From Acidimicrobiales bacterium (GTDB taxonomy: Bacteria; Actinomycetota; Acidimicrobiia; Acidimicrobiales; Bog-793), in assembly GCA_050015255.1 (NCBI GenBank), contig JBEKBT010000004.1, positions 3,551-67,550 of the forward strand: a stretch of 64,000 nt of DNA. The letters run 5' to 3'. Both the position numbers and the translations under genes were made by a program. This document shows, piece by piece, positions 1-10,233 of the stretch; the first letter of the stretch is position 1, and every line of letters starts with the position of its first letter. The notes beneath the pieces were generated by a model. That model ran no database searches. It had not been told where the DNA came from and worked only from the letters and a program-made list of their open reading frames with translations.

Positions 1-32
1 GGCGCCGGCGGCAATGAGGTGCCGGCCGGCGG

Positions 33-2186
33 TCAAAGACTGACTGCTCGGCTCCCTGGAGCGCCGGATCTGCAGACGACCAGCGAACGGGGGTCGACGG
101 TCAGCGGGGCTCCGGCGGTGAGCGGGCCCGCCTTCGCTGGCCGCAGGGAATCCGAGGTGTCCAGTTCGACGGTCCATACCTGGCTGGGCCGCAGCTGCGG
201 GATGCAGAAGCTGACCGCCTCCCACCAGCTATTCACGAAGATCAGGAAGTCGTCATCGACGAGGTACGTGCCGTCTGCGCCGCGATCGGGGTCGTCGCTC
301 CCGTCGAGGTAGACACCTAGGCAGCGACCGTCAGGGTCCGTCCAGTCTTCGACGGTCATGGCCGTACCCGCGGGCGTGAACCACTCGATCTCGGAGGCTT
401 CGACGCCAGCGAGAAACCTCTTCCGCCGGAACACAGGATGCTCTCTCCGCAGCGTCACCAGCTGCCTGACGAAGGACAGAAGCTCCGCGTCAGTGCGTCC
501 CCAGTCGTACCAGGAGATTGGGTTGTCCTGGCAGTATCCGTTGTTGTTACCCTGCTGCGTCCGGCCGAGCTCGTCGCCGCCGAGCAGCAACGGCACGCCG
601 AACGACAAGAAGAGCGTGGCGAGCAGCACCCGACACTGGCGCAGCCGAAGGGCAACGACAGCCGGGTCGTCGGTCGGGCCCTCGGCGCCGCAGTTCCACG
701 ATCGGTTGTCGTCCGAGCCGTCCCTGTTGTTGTCGCCGTTCGCTTCGTTGTGCTTACAGTCGTAGGACACAAGATCGGCCAAGGTGAACCCGTCGTGCGT
801 CGTGACGAGGTTCACAGATGCCGTGGGCCGTCGTCTGCCGGGTCGGTAGAGGTCGGCGGACCCGGTCAGCCGATTGGCGAACTCGCCGAGGAGGCCGCTC
901 CGGCTCCGCCAGAAGTCGCGCATGGTGTCGCGGTACTGACCGTTCCACTCTCGCCACAACGGCGGGAAGTCGCCAAGGTCGTAGCTGTCCGCCTGGCCCA
1001 CGTCCCAGGGTTCTGCGATGAGCTTCACTCGCGAGACGACCGGGTCCTGTGCGACGAGGTCAAAGAAAGCCGCCCGGCGATCGAAGTCTGCCTGCTGGCG
1101 CGCGAGCGTGGCGGCGAGGTCGAATCGGAAGCCGTCAACCTGCATCTCGGTTGCCCAGTACCGCAGGGAATCCATAATCAGTATCAGGGTCAGCGGGTCG
1201 GCCGCGTTGAGGGAGTTGCCGCACCCGGTCGTGTCGACATAATGGCCGGGATCGCCCGGCGCCAACCGGTAGTAGGCGGGGTTGTCGAGTCCGCGGTAGC
1301 AAAGTGTGGGGCCGAGCTCATCGCCTTCGGCAGTGTGGTTGAACACTACGTCGAGCAGGACTTCGAGGCCGGCAGAGTGCAGAGCGTCCACCATGGCCTT
1401 GAACTCGTGCACTTGTCCACCCTCCTGGCCAGCCCTGACGAGTGCCGAGTAGCCGTCGTGCGGAGCGAAAAAGCCGATCGTGCTGTATCCCCAGTAGTTG
1501 GTGAGACCGCGGTCGAAGAGGAACGACTCCGTCATGAACTGGTGGACGGGCAGCAGCTCGACCGCGGTGACCCCGAGCTCGACGAGATGGGCGACGGCCG
1601 CCTCGTGCCCCAGTCCGGCATATGTCCCCCGTAGCTCAGGCGGTATGTCGGGATGGGTAATCGTGAAACCCCTGACGTGAACCTCGTAGATGACGGTGTC
1701 CTCATAGCTGTGCGCGGGGCGGGGGTGGTTGCCCCAGGCGAACTCCGGGTTCACGACGAGGCTGCGAGGGACGTGCCCTGCCGAATCAAGCCCGCTCGGC
1801 AGGTCCGGGTTACCGGCCGAGTAGCCGAGCACCTCGGCGCCGTATCGGAACGCTCCCGAGGTGGCCCGGGCGTACGGATCGAGGAGCAGCTTGGCAGGGT
1901 TGCAACGGATCCCCCGTGCCGGGTCGTAGGGTCCGTTTACCCGGTAGCCGTATGCCTGGCCCGGTCCGACGCCGGGGAGGAACCCGTGCCAGACACCGGC
2001 GTCGTACTCGAGCAGCGGGATCTGGGTCTCGCTGCCAGATTCGTCGAACAGGCAGAGCGTGACCGCGTCGGCAACGAAGGAAGCGACCGCAAAGTTCGTT
2101 CCCGCATCGCACGGCGTGGCACCGAGCGGGAACGGCTGGCCGGGCAGCGAGCCGGCTGACGTCTGGACGGGTCTCGCGGTGGTCAT
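33..2186 (-). CDS. glgX: glycogen debranching enzyme, GlgX-type isoamylase (GH13)
   Basis: From ORF 33..2243. Motifs VIYEVHVRGFT, NYWGYSTIGFFAP, DGFRFDLA, LIAEPWD and VTTHDGFTL are typical of GlgX/TreX. I trimmed the start to ATG 2186 (MTTARPV), which lies directly downstream of AAGGAGGAGG on the minus strand. Confidence 0.9.
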   Translation of the reverse strand: MTTARPVQTSAGSLPGQPFPLGATPCDAGTNFAVASFVADAVTLCLFDESGSETQIPLLEYDAGVWHGFLPGVGPGQAYGYRVNGPYDPARGIRCNPAKLLLDPYARATSGAFRYGAEVLGYSAGNPDLPSGLDSAGHVPRSLVVNPEFAWGNHPRPAHSYEDTVIYEVHVRGFTITHPDIPPELRGTYAGLGHEAAVAHLVELGVTAVELLPVHQFMTESFLFDRGLTNYWGYSTIGFFAPHDGYSALVRAGQEGGQVHEFKAMVDALHSAGLEVLLDVVFNHTAEGDELGPTLCYRGLDNPAYYRLAPGDPGHYVDTTGCGNSLNAADPLTLILIMDSLRYWATEMQVDGFRFDLAATLARQQADFDRRAAFFDLVAQDPVVSRVKLIAEPWDVGQADSYDLGDFPPLWREWNGQYRDTMRDFWRSRSGLLGEFANRLTGSADLYRPGRRRPTASVNLVTTHDGFTLADLVSYDCKHNEANGDNNRDGSDDNRSWNCGAEGPTDDPAVVALRLRQCRVLLATLFLSFGVPLLLGGDELGRTQQGNNNGYCQDNPISWYDWGRTDAELLSFVRQLVTLRREHPVFRRKRFLAGVEASEIEWFTPAGTAMTVEDWTDPDGRCLGVYLDGSDDPDRGADGTYLVDDDFLIFVNSWWEAVSFCIPQLRPSQVWTVELDTSDSLRPAKAGPLTAGAPLTVDPRSLVVCRSGAPGSRAVSL

Positions 2187-2497
2187 GACCTCCTCCTTCC
2201 CCTCGCCGTGTGGATCGTGGTTCTTCGACTCCTCGAGGCGCATCCCGCGGACTCATAGTGCGCGCCGGTTGTGTCTGTGGGTGCTTGGATTGGTGGCCGA
2301 GCTACGCAAGAGCGGGATTCGACGCATCCGGGAGGAACTGTAGCCTCGGCCCGTCGGGCCGCCCACGGCGAGCGCGGGGGACATTCGAGGAACGAGCCGT
2401 CCATGAACGAAGTTGCCATCCGATCGGTCCAGGCCATGCGGGCTCCGGCTGTCCTGATAACGGCGGGAGCAATTCTCGCCGGTGGGCGGTTGGACCC

Positions 2498-5297
2498 ATG
2501 AGCGCCGAGCGGGAGCGGGTTCGGAGTTTCGGGAGGCTCGAAGACGGGTTGCGCCAAGCGAGCGATTGGTACTTGTGGGGCCCCTATGTCAGCGAGCGCC
2601 AGTGGGGGACGGTCCGCGAGGACTACAGCGACGACGGCGACGCCTGGAACTACCTACCCCATGACCATGTCCGCTCCAGGGCGTACCGATGGGGCGAAGA
2701 CGGCCTAGCGGGCTTCAGTGACATCGAGCAACGGCTCTGTCTCAGTGTGGCGTTATGGAATGGCCGCGACTCCGTCCTCAAAGAACGCGCCTTCGGGCTG
2801 ACCGGACCCCAGGGGAACCATGGCGAAGACGTGAAGGAGTACTGGTGGTACTTGGATGCTCTTCCTAGTCATGCCTGGAACCGGTGGCGCTACCACTACC
2901 CGCAAGACCCGTTCCCGTACGAGGACTTGGAATGGGGAGGCTGTCGCACGAACCAGCATTCGTGCATATTCATGCGGCAATGGGTCAAGGCTGCATATCT
3001 GACGAGGGCTTCCGTCACTAGAACGCATGAATACGCGTTCCGGAAGACTTCATGCGACCAGCCTCTGGGAAAACGCCATCAGGGGAGCACGGGAAAGGGA
3101 ATACGAGCTGGTTGACACAGGAGCGTTCGACGACGACCGGTACTGGATTGTCGAGGTTCGCTACGCCAAAGCCGACCCTCACGACCTCCTTATGGAGGTG
3201 CAAGTGACGAACGCCGGACGGGCTGCCGCTCAGTTGCACGTGTTGCCCACCGTGTGGTTTCGAAACACGTGGGCATGGGACCTTGCGCAACCCCGGCCAC
3301 ATCTCGAGCAAACAGGCCCGGCGACCGTCGGACTGTCGCATCCCTTCCTCGGAAGACTCGAGTTGGTCGGAGGCGCGGCTCCCGGTGGGCTCGAGCCAGA
3401 GCTGCTGTTTTGTGACAACGAAACCAACTGCGGGCGCCTCTTCGGTGCAGCGTCGACAACCGCGTATCCGAAGGACGGCATAAACGACCACGTCACTGCC
3501 GGCGCGGCCACGGTCAATCCCGACCACTGCGGCACGAGATGCTCCTTCTGGTATCAGCTGACCGTGCCGGGAGGCGACACCACCGCGGTCCGTCTGCGAC
3601 TGCGGCCCGAAGGGTTGCATCCTGACGGCTCGCTCGGGGCCGACTTTGATGAGGTGATCCGCGCTCGTCGGGCCGAGGCCGACGAGTTCTACGGGGAGCT
3701 CCGCCCGACGGGCATCTCGGCGGACGAGGCCGCGGTCATGCGTCAGGCCTTCGCCAGCTTGCTTTGGAGCAAATAATTTTACTACTACGACGTCGCCCGC
3801 TGGCTGGACGGTGACCCTGCCCAGCCCAAGCCGCCGGACTCGCGACAGGACGGGCGCAACGCCCGCTGGCGCAACTTTGAAGCCTTCGACATCATCTCGG
3901 TTCCCGACAAATGGGAGTATCCCTGGTTTGCTGCATGGGACCTGGCTTTCCATTGCGTCGCCCTCGCCCATGTGGATCCGGCCTTCGCCAAGTATCAGCT
4001 GGCCATGCTTTGCCGAGAGTGGTTCCAGCATCCCAATGGCGCGCTCCCCGCCTACGAGTGGGATTTCGGTGACGTCAACCCGCCGGTGCAGGCGTGGGCC
4101 GCCCTCGAGGTGTTCGTGATCGATGGCGAGCGTGATACCGACTTTCTCACCCGGATCTTCAACAAGTTGCTCGTCAATTTCACGTGGTGGGTCAATCGAG
4201 AGGACGCCAGCGGCTCGAATTTGTTCGAGGGTGGCTTCCTCGGCCTTGACAACATCGGTCCCATCGATCGCTCCCACCTCCCGCCAGGCACGACCCTGCA
4301 GCAATCGGACGCCACCGGTTGGATGGCGTTCTACTCGCTCGCAATGGCGAACATCGCCTACAGGTTGCACCGCAGGGGCAACGGCCCCGCCATCGACCTT
4401 GTCGTCAAGTTCCTCGAGCACTTTGCGGCCATCCGGCACGCGATCGACGGCGAGGCCATGTGGGACGAGACGGCCGGACTGTTCTTCGACAGGCTCATCC
4501 TCGCAGACGGAACCGCCGTGCCGATCGAGGTGCGATCGATGGTCAGCATCATCCCACTCCTCGCGGCTGGCGTCATCGACGAGGAGGTGCTCCAGCAGGC
4601 CGTACAGCTCGGCAAGCAGTTCTCTCAGTTCGTGGAGCGACTGGACACCGAAGGCGGCCTCACGACACTGGGTCTGTTGCAGGGTGAGCCGGGGAGTCAG
4701 CGTCTGCTGCTCGGAATCTTGGGGATAGACCGCCTGCAGCGCCTGCTCAGCAGGCTATTCGATGAGGCAGAATTCCTCTCGCCACACGGCCTCCGTTCGC
4801 TCTCGGCATTTCACCGCGATCATCCCTACCAGCTGACAGTGGCGGGAACGCCGTCGACGATCGACTACGAGCCGGCGGAGTCCACGACTCCGATGTTCGG
4901 CGGCAACTCGAACTGGCGTGGTCCTGTCTGGTTCCCGCTGAACTGCCTGGTGATCAGTGTCCTTGAGCGTTACCACCAGTTCTTTGGCGCAGAGCTGACC
5001 CTCGAGTATCCCACTCGCTCGGGCCAGCGGGTGTCTCTCGACGTCATCGCCCAGGATCTGCGCCAACGTCTGATCTCGCTCTTCCTGCGAGGGTCCGACG
5101 GGCGACGGCCGTGCTTCGGGCAGACCGAGAAGTTGCAACACGATCCGCGCTGGAGCGACAACATCCTGTTCCACGAGTACTTCCATGGTGACGATGGTTC
5201 TGGTCTCGGCGCGTCCCATCAAACGGGCTGGACAGCCATGGTCGCCGATGCGATTCGCCGACGTTCGGTCGTGCGACCAAGTCCTGAGCAAAGCTGA
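2498..5297 (+). pseudogene. disrupted MGH1/GH63-like glucosidase
   Basis: Three collinear ORF pieces (2498-2931 in one frame; 3071-3773 and 3777-5297 in another) read together as one protein of about 890 aa. Motifs: [88 protein letters not shown]. It is broken by a 139-nt insertion at 2932-3070 (frameshift) and by an in-frame TAA at 3774-3776 (LLWSK*FYYYDV). Confidence 0.8.
2932..3070. mobile_element. 139-nt MITE-like palindromic insertion inside the GH63-like gene
   Basis: Deleting 2932-3070 restores GAG GAC TTG GAA AAC GCC (EDLENA) and joins the two reading frames. The insert is visibly lower in GC than its flanks. It has imperfect terminal inverted repeats GAGGCTGTCGCA (2937-2948) and TGCGACCAGCCTC (3053-3065), plus an inner pair GCATATTCATGCG (2964-2976) and CGCATGAATACGC (3024-3036). 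TGGA/TGGGA occurs on both edges and may be a target-site duplication, so the ends are uncertain by a few nt. It carries no ORF. Confidence 0.6.
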
Positions 5298-5400
5298 CCC
5301 AAGAGTCTCCCCGCTCGCAGGGTTACCAGACTTCCCAGAACTTCCAGGGACCCTCCGGACGGTTACCGGGCTTCCCGAGGGCTTTCGAGATCGGGGGCGA

Positions 5401-8400
5401 TCAGCCGACGGTCTCCTCGATGAGAGAGGGGTTAGCGAGCCAAACAGCCTCCACCGGAGTCTCGACCAGCGAGTTCCGGGAGAGAAACTCGTCTATTTCG
5501 CTGGCCTGTAGTCCTTTGGTGAAGTAGAAGCCTTGCCCAAGCTGGCATCCCAAGGCACGTAGTGCCTCGAGTTGGGGGGCGTGCTCGATGCCCTCGGCGA
5601 GAGTCTGAAGATGCAGGTTCTTCCCGAGCTGGACGATCGTCTCGGCGAGCGCGCCGTCCTCGGCGGAGACGGCCACGTTGTCCACGAACGACTTGTCCAG
5701 CTTCAAGATGTCAATGGGGAAACGCCTCAAGTAGCTCAGCGACGAGTAACCGGTGCCGAAATCGTCGATGGCGAAGCTGACGCCGAGCCCTTTGAGCTCC
5801 AGCATCCGCTCGATGACGGACTCGGCCTCCTGGAGGAACACGCCCTCGGTGATCTCCAGCACCAAGAACCGAGGATCGAGACCCGACTCCCGCAGTGCTG
5901 TCGAGACGTCTTCCACCAGACCCTCGTGTTGGAAATGCTTGGCCGAGATGTTGACGCTGACCCACATCTGACGGGCGCCCGAGTGACAGAATTGCCACTC
6001 GCGCGTCTGGAAGCACGCCTCTTTGAGCACCAAGCGATCAAGCGGCACGACAAGGCCGGTCTCCTCGGCGAGGGCGATGAACTCGTCGGGAAGCAGCAGT
6101 CCATGCTCTGGATGACGCCAGCGCACCAAGGCTTCCAGCCCGACTGTATAGCCGCCGTCGAGGCTCACGATCGGCTGGTAGTGCACGACGAACTCCCGGC
6201 TCTCGATGGCACGCTGGAGATCGGCGGTCCTATCCAGACGCCGCACGATGGCTGTCTGAAGGTCGGGTTGGTACACCTCGTAACAGCCCTTGCCGTGAGC
6301 TTTTGCCGCGTACATGGCCACGTCTGCCGCCTGCATCAACTCGGTCGGGTCCTTGCGCCCCGCCTGGCTGAGGGCGATCCCGACGCTGGCGCGCACTTGG
6401 ATCTCGTGATCGTCGATGACGATTGGCGCGCGCAGGGCGGAGATGAGGCGTTCGGCGGCCAGACAGGCCTCCTCCCGGCCAGTGGTCTCCTCGAGCAGGA
6501 TCGCGAACTCGTCGCCGCCAAAGCGGGCCGCCGTGTCGCCGCTCCGGAGGGACTGTAGGAGGCGCCCGGCGACCGCCACCAGGAGAGCGTCGCCGGCCGT
6601 GTGTCCCAAGGTGTCGTTGACCAGCTTGAAATCGTCCAGGTCGAGGAACAGGACGGCCAGGGACGTCTTCGACCGGGCTGCCCGCGCCAAGGCATGTTCG
6701 AGGCGGTCGCGGAAAAGGGCGCGATTGGCGAGCCCGCTCAACGCATCGTGGAAGGCCTGATGCTTCAGCTCCTCCTCGAGATCCGTGCGCTCGCTCACGT
6801 CCCGAAGTGTGAGGACGATACCCTCGAGAGTCGGTTCGCTCAGCAGGTTGGTCGTCGTCACCTCGACATAACGCCACGATCCGTCGAAGTGTTGGATCCG
6901 CCATTTCGCCGAGATCGATGCTCCCGCTCGAAACGCCACGCTTGTGTACCCGGCCAACGCCTGCTCGACGTCGTCGGGGTGAAGCAGGGTGGTGAACTGC
7001 CTCCCCTCGAGGGAGCCGTCCGGGTAACCGAGGATCCTGTTGGCTGAGGGAGTGCAATAGGTGATCGTCGTGTCCGGGCGGACGATCAGGATGACGTCCG
7101 ACGCGTTCTGCACGAGAGTCTGGAAGCGAGCTTCACCGCGGCGCGCGTGGAAAGCCTCGGTCATCGTCTCGCGGCCGATCGCCATCGCCGCCTGAGCAGC
7201 GAGAATCTCGATCGAGCTCCGAAGCTCGAAGGGAAGCTTGGTGGCACTCGCGACAACTATCAGCCCCTGCAGCTGGTCCTTGGCGACAAAGGGGCACACG
7301 AGCTGTTCAGACAACTCGTGTGCTGCTGAGCCGCTCGGTCGGGTGTCCGTCTCGATGACATAGCTCTCCACCCCGCCGTCGGCCAGGCTTTGTCGGGCCC
7401 TGGCCCATAGAGCAGTCAAGCTCTGCGGTCCCTCTGTCGGGCCATCGCCCGACTTCGTGACGACCACCGGTTCACCCTCCGTGTTCGTCACCGCGAAGGT
7501 CATCCCGAAGTCGTCTCCGTCGTGCGAGACGAGCTCCCTGACGCCCGCGATCGTGGCCTGGTAGATGACATCGCGGTCCGACGCCGCCACGAGGTTCGCG
7601 ACCGACCTGCGCAGAGCTTGCTCTCGCGCCACAGCTTGCCCATGCGCCTGGACAAAACCATTCATCCTGGCGATCACGAGAAGGAACATGAGCCCGGCGA
7701 CCACGGCGATGACTGGGGCGTCGACGGTATCGCCGCGCAAGGTCTCGGCGAGCAGCACCGCCGGCGCGATGAGCGAGACAATGGCGAGCAGCCTTGTCCG
7801 TGTGTGGCTTGTACGTGGTGGTGAGACTGACCTCGGCAAAGACAACGCCCGCATCGACGGGTGCAGTGCCGCCACGCCCCAGCACGCGTAGAACAGGATC
7901 CAGCCAAGATCAACCACGTTGCCGTCGTGCCAATTCCAGCTCGGGTGGAGGTTGGCCAGTCCGTACACCGAGTCGGAGACGAGCGTCCCCAGCGCTCCTA
8001 TGGCCAGCAACCGTCCGGCGGTGTGGCGAATGCCACCAGCGGTCCAAAGGTGCGCCAGCATCGCCAGGACGAGGACATCCCCAAATGGGCGCCCGGCAGC
8101 GTTCAATCGCACCAGCAGCCCACCGGGCGCACGAAAGTTCGGGCCGATGAGGAAGATCCAAGAAAGCAGGCCGACGGCGAGGGTGATGGTGAGCGCATCG
8201 AGCAGGCTGGCCCGATCGCCGCCGGGAACGCGCGCTCGGGCAAGAAGCAGCAGCCCGACTGCGAGCATCGGGTACATCGGGATGTAGATCGCGTCGATCA
8301 TCGACGGGAACGGGATGTGCTGCTGGCCGAGGATCTGGTGCCAGAACTTGTAGGTCGTGTCGCCAGTGATGCAAAGGAACAAACCGCCCCCGAGGAACCA

Positions 8401-8742
8401 CCAGGCTACTTCGGCGTTCGGTCGGTTGTGCCTCACGCCGAGGGCAATCGCCACGACTGCTGACAATCCCAGCAGTGCCCATGCCGGGACCTGGCCGGCC
8501 CACTCCATCCACGGAAGCCAACCGAAGATCAGAGGCTTCTCAGGCGGCAGCCCGAACGGAAAGTAGACGAGAGCGAGAACGGCCTCGAGGGCGAGGAACC
8601 ACCGCCAAGCGCGTTGGGGCGTGGTTTTAGCACCAGACGGCTGGGGTCTGGTGACAGCACTCGCGTCATTTGCCCGGAGCAGTGACATGACACAGGTCCC
8701 CCAGACCTCATATCCGCTCCCTCTAGTTTCGGCGCGAGTCAC
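5401..8742 (-). CDS. membrane-anchored PAS-GGDEF-EAL c-di-GMP signalling protein
   Basis: 1113-aa ORF with an N-terminal polytopic membrane region. It has a PAS-like segment (FQTLVQNASDVILIVRPDTTITYCTPSANRILGY), a GGDEF domain (RFGGDEFAILL) and an EAL domain (LEALVRW, DDFGTGYSSLSYL, KLDKSF). The start could instead be ATG 8688 (MSLLRAND). Confidence 0.88.
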   Translation of the reverse strand: MTRAETRGSGYEVWGTCVMSLLRANDASAVTRPQPSGAKTTPQRAWRWFLALEAVLALVYFPFGLPPEKPLIFGWLPWMEWAGQVPAWALLGLSAVVAIALGVRHNRPNAEVAWWFLGGGLFLCITGDTTYKFWHQILGQQHIPFPSMIDAIYIPMYPMLAVGLLLLARARVPGGDRASLLDALTITLAVGLLSWIFLIGPNFRAPGGLLVRLNAAGRPFGDVLVLAMLAHLWTAGGIRHTAGRLLAIGALGTLVSDSVYGLANLHPSWNWHDGNVVDLGWILFYACWGVAALHPSMRALSLPRSVSPPRTSHTRTRLLAIVSLIAPAVLLAETLRGDTVDAPVIAVVAGLMFLLVIARMNGFVQAHGQAVAREQALRRSVANLVAASDRDVIYQATIAGVRELVSHDGDDFGMTFAVTNTEGEPVVVTKSGDGPTEGPQSLTALWARARQSLADGGVESYVIETDTRPSGSAAHELSEQLVCPFVAKDQLQGLIVVASATKLPFELRSSIEILAAQAAMAIGRETMTEAFHARRGEARFQTLVQNASDVILIVRPDTTITYCTPSANRILGYPDGSLEGRQFTTLLHPDDVEQALAGYTSVAFRAGASISAKWRIQHFDGSWRYVEVTTTNLLSEPTLEGIVLTLRDVSERTDLEEELKHQAFHDALSGLANRALFRDRLEHALARAARSKTSLAVLFLDLDDFKLVNDTLGHTAGDALLVAVAGRLLQSLRSGDTAARFGGDEFAILLEETTGREEACLAAERLISALRAPIVIDDHEIQVRASVGIALSQAGRKDPTELMQAADVAMYAAKAHGKGCYEVYQPDLQTAIVRRLDRTADLQRAIESREFVVHYQPIVSLDGGYTVGLEALVRWRHPEHGLLLPDEFIALAEETGLVVPLDRLVLKEACFQTREWQFCHSGARQMWVSVNISAKHFQHEGLVEDVSTALRESGLDPRFLVLEITEGVFLQEAESVIERMLELKGLGVSFAIDDFGTGYSSLSYLRRFPIDILKLDKSFVDNVAVSAEDGALAETIVQLGKNLHLQTLAEGIEHAPQLEALRALGCQLGQGFYFTKGLQASEIDEFLSRNSLVETPVEAVWLANPSLIEETVG

Positions 8743-8913
8743 CGGTCACTTGAGGAACTTCCCCTGGACGCGGTGCCGGTCCTGAACGCGGAAAGGACCC
8801 TCCCACCAGGGTCAACTTCGGGCGTTTGGCAGCGGATACACCCGCATGTGAAGCGAAGAGCAGACCGGCGGGCCCGCTGGCCAGCAGCCGGCTCGGAGGT
8901 TACCGAGGGCCCC

Positions 8914-9321
8914 TCAGGCTCCTGGGAAGGCGGCTGCGGCTGCCTCGGCCACAATCACGTCCTCATCCACCTTTCCACCGCTCGAGCCCACAGCTCCTAC
9001 CAACTTTCCGCTCGCATGGAGGGGGATGCCGCCCCCGAAGACGACGATTCTGCCATGGTGCGTCGCCTGCAGGCCGTACAGCGGCTCACCGGGCTGGCAA
9101 AGCTGGGCGAGAGTGGCCGTGGAAGTGTCGGTCGCGGCTGCCGCAAACGCCTTGCTCAGTGAGACTTCAATGGCCGCGAGAGATGCACCATCCATTCGGT
9201 GCTCGGCCTTCAGGTTGCCGCCGTCGTCTACGACCGCGATCGCCGATGGGACGCCGATCTCTGCAGCCCGCCTCTCGCCCGACGCCAGCACCGCCATCGC
9301 TTGATCCAAGGTGATAGCCAT
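8914..9321 (-). CDS. GlcG/HbpS-like (DUF336) heme-binding family protein
   Basis: 135 aa. AIAVVDDGGNLKA...SLSKAFAAA...GGGIPL...GAVGSSGG matches the GlcG/DUF336 pattern. Confidence 0.7.
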   Translation of the reverse strand: MAITLDQAMAVLASGERRAAEIGVPSAIAVVDDGGNLKAEHRMDGASLAAIEVSLSKAFAAAATDTSTATLAQLCQPGEPLYGLQATHHGRIVVFGGGIPLHASGKLVGAVGSSGGKVDEDVIVAEAAAAAFPGA

Positions 9322-9374
9322 CTCTCGCCCCTTTCATGGTCTTGATCGTGTCAGATCCGCTGCCGGCTCACTCT

Positions 9375-10157
9375 CTACCAGAGCGTGTAGCCTCCGTCGA
9401 CCACCAGGGTCTCTCCGGTCACGAAGCTGGCGGCGTCCGAGGCCAGGAAGATCACAGTGTTGGCGATCTCGTCGGGCGAGCCCATTCTCCTGAGCGGCGT
9501 GCCGCCGATCCAGTAGTCGCGGACCATGTCGCTCCCGAGGAGGTGCTCGACAAGGTCGGTGCGGGTGTAGCCGGGCGCGACGGCGTTCACACGCACCCCA
9601 TAGGGCGCCCACTCGGCGGCGAGTGACTTCGTCAGCATGATCACACCCGCCTTGGAGACGTTGTAGGCCACCTGAGGCTGCGGGCGGTTGACGATGAGCC
9701 CAGACATCGAGGCGATGCTGACGATGACGCCCCCGCGCGCCTCGATCATCGGAAGGCCGAAGATCTGGCTGCAGAAGAAGACGCCCGACAGGTTCACCTG
9801 CAACATCCGGTCCCACTCCGCCACGCTCATCGACTCCGCGGCGACGTGGTGGGCGATCCCGGCGTTGTTGACGAGGGTATCTGTCCTGCCCCAGCGCGCC
9901 TCGAGAGCCTGCCTTGTGGACTGCACCTGCTCGTAGGAGGTGACGTCACAGACATGTGTCAGCACCTCGGCGCCTTTGACTTCGCTCCGCAGCCTCGTGG
10001 CCGCCTCTTCCAGGCTTGCCTGCTCGAGGTCGAGCAGCGCCACCGCCGCGCCAGCTCTGGCCGCCGCCCGGCCGATGGCAAAGCCGATGCCGCGGGCTCC
10101 GCCCGTGATCACAACCTTGCGCCCGTCCAACCTGAAGCTGTTGCTGTCGTCGCTCAC
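9375..10157 (-). CDS. short-chain dehydrogenase/reductase (SDR) family oxidoreductase
   Basis: Shows the Rossmann motif VVITGGARGIGFAIG, NNAGI, and the catalytic YNVSKAG. I trimmed the start to GTG 10157 (VSDDSNSF), which follows GGAAAGGGA. The upstream part of ORF 9375..10316 is low-complexity. Confidence 0.85.
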   Translation of the reverse strand: MSDDSNSFRLDGRKVVITGGARGIGFAIGRAAARAGAAVALLDLEQASLEEAATRLRSEVKGAEVLTHVCDVTSYEQVQSTRQALEARWGRTDTLVNNAGIAHHVAAESMSVAEWDRMLQVNLSGVFFCSQIFGLPMIEARGGVIVSIASMSGLIVNRPQPQVAYNVSKAGVIMLTKSLAAEWAPYGVRVNAVAPGYTRTDLVEHLLGSDMVRDYWIGGTPLRRMGSPDEIANTVIFLASDAASFVTGETLVVDGGYTLW

Positions 10158-10233
10158 GATTCGTCCCTTTCCCTGTTCCTGTCTCCGTTGGGGTTGCTCG
10201 ATCCACGGTCCCCGCTTTGGAGCTTCACCATGA

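Noticed and set aside
438-1634. Long ORFs antisense to, or out of frame with, well-supported genes. Examples: 438..1634, 3018..4439, 15101..16150, 17729..19021, 25626..27158, 38736..40097, 42093..43301, 47034..48482, 54229..55728, 57161..58408.
   Set aside because: Their translations are Arg/Pro/Gly/Ala-rich low-complexity sequence with no recognisable motifs. Each lies fully inside a gene on the other strand or frame whose product has clear family signatures. This is the usual stop-codon-poor artefact of high-GC DNA.
2990-3026. Hammerhead-ribozyme-like CUGACGA core inside the 139-nt insertion.
   Set aside because: CTGACGA matches CUGANGA. However, the following sequence does not provide a proper stem II followed by GAAA and a stem III/cleavage site. 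I treat it as a chance match inside a palindromic element.
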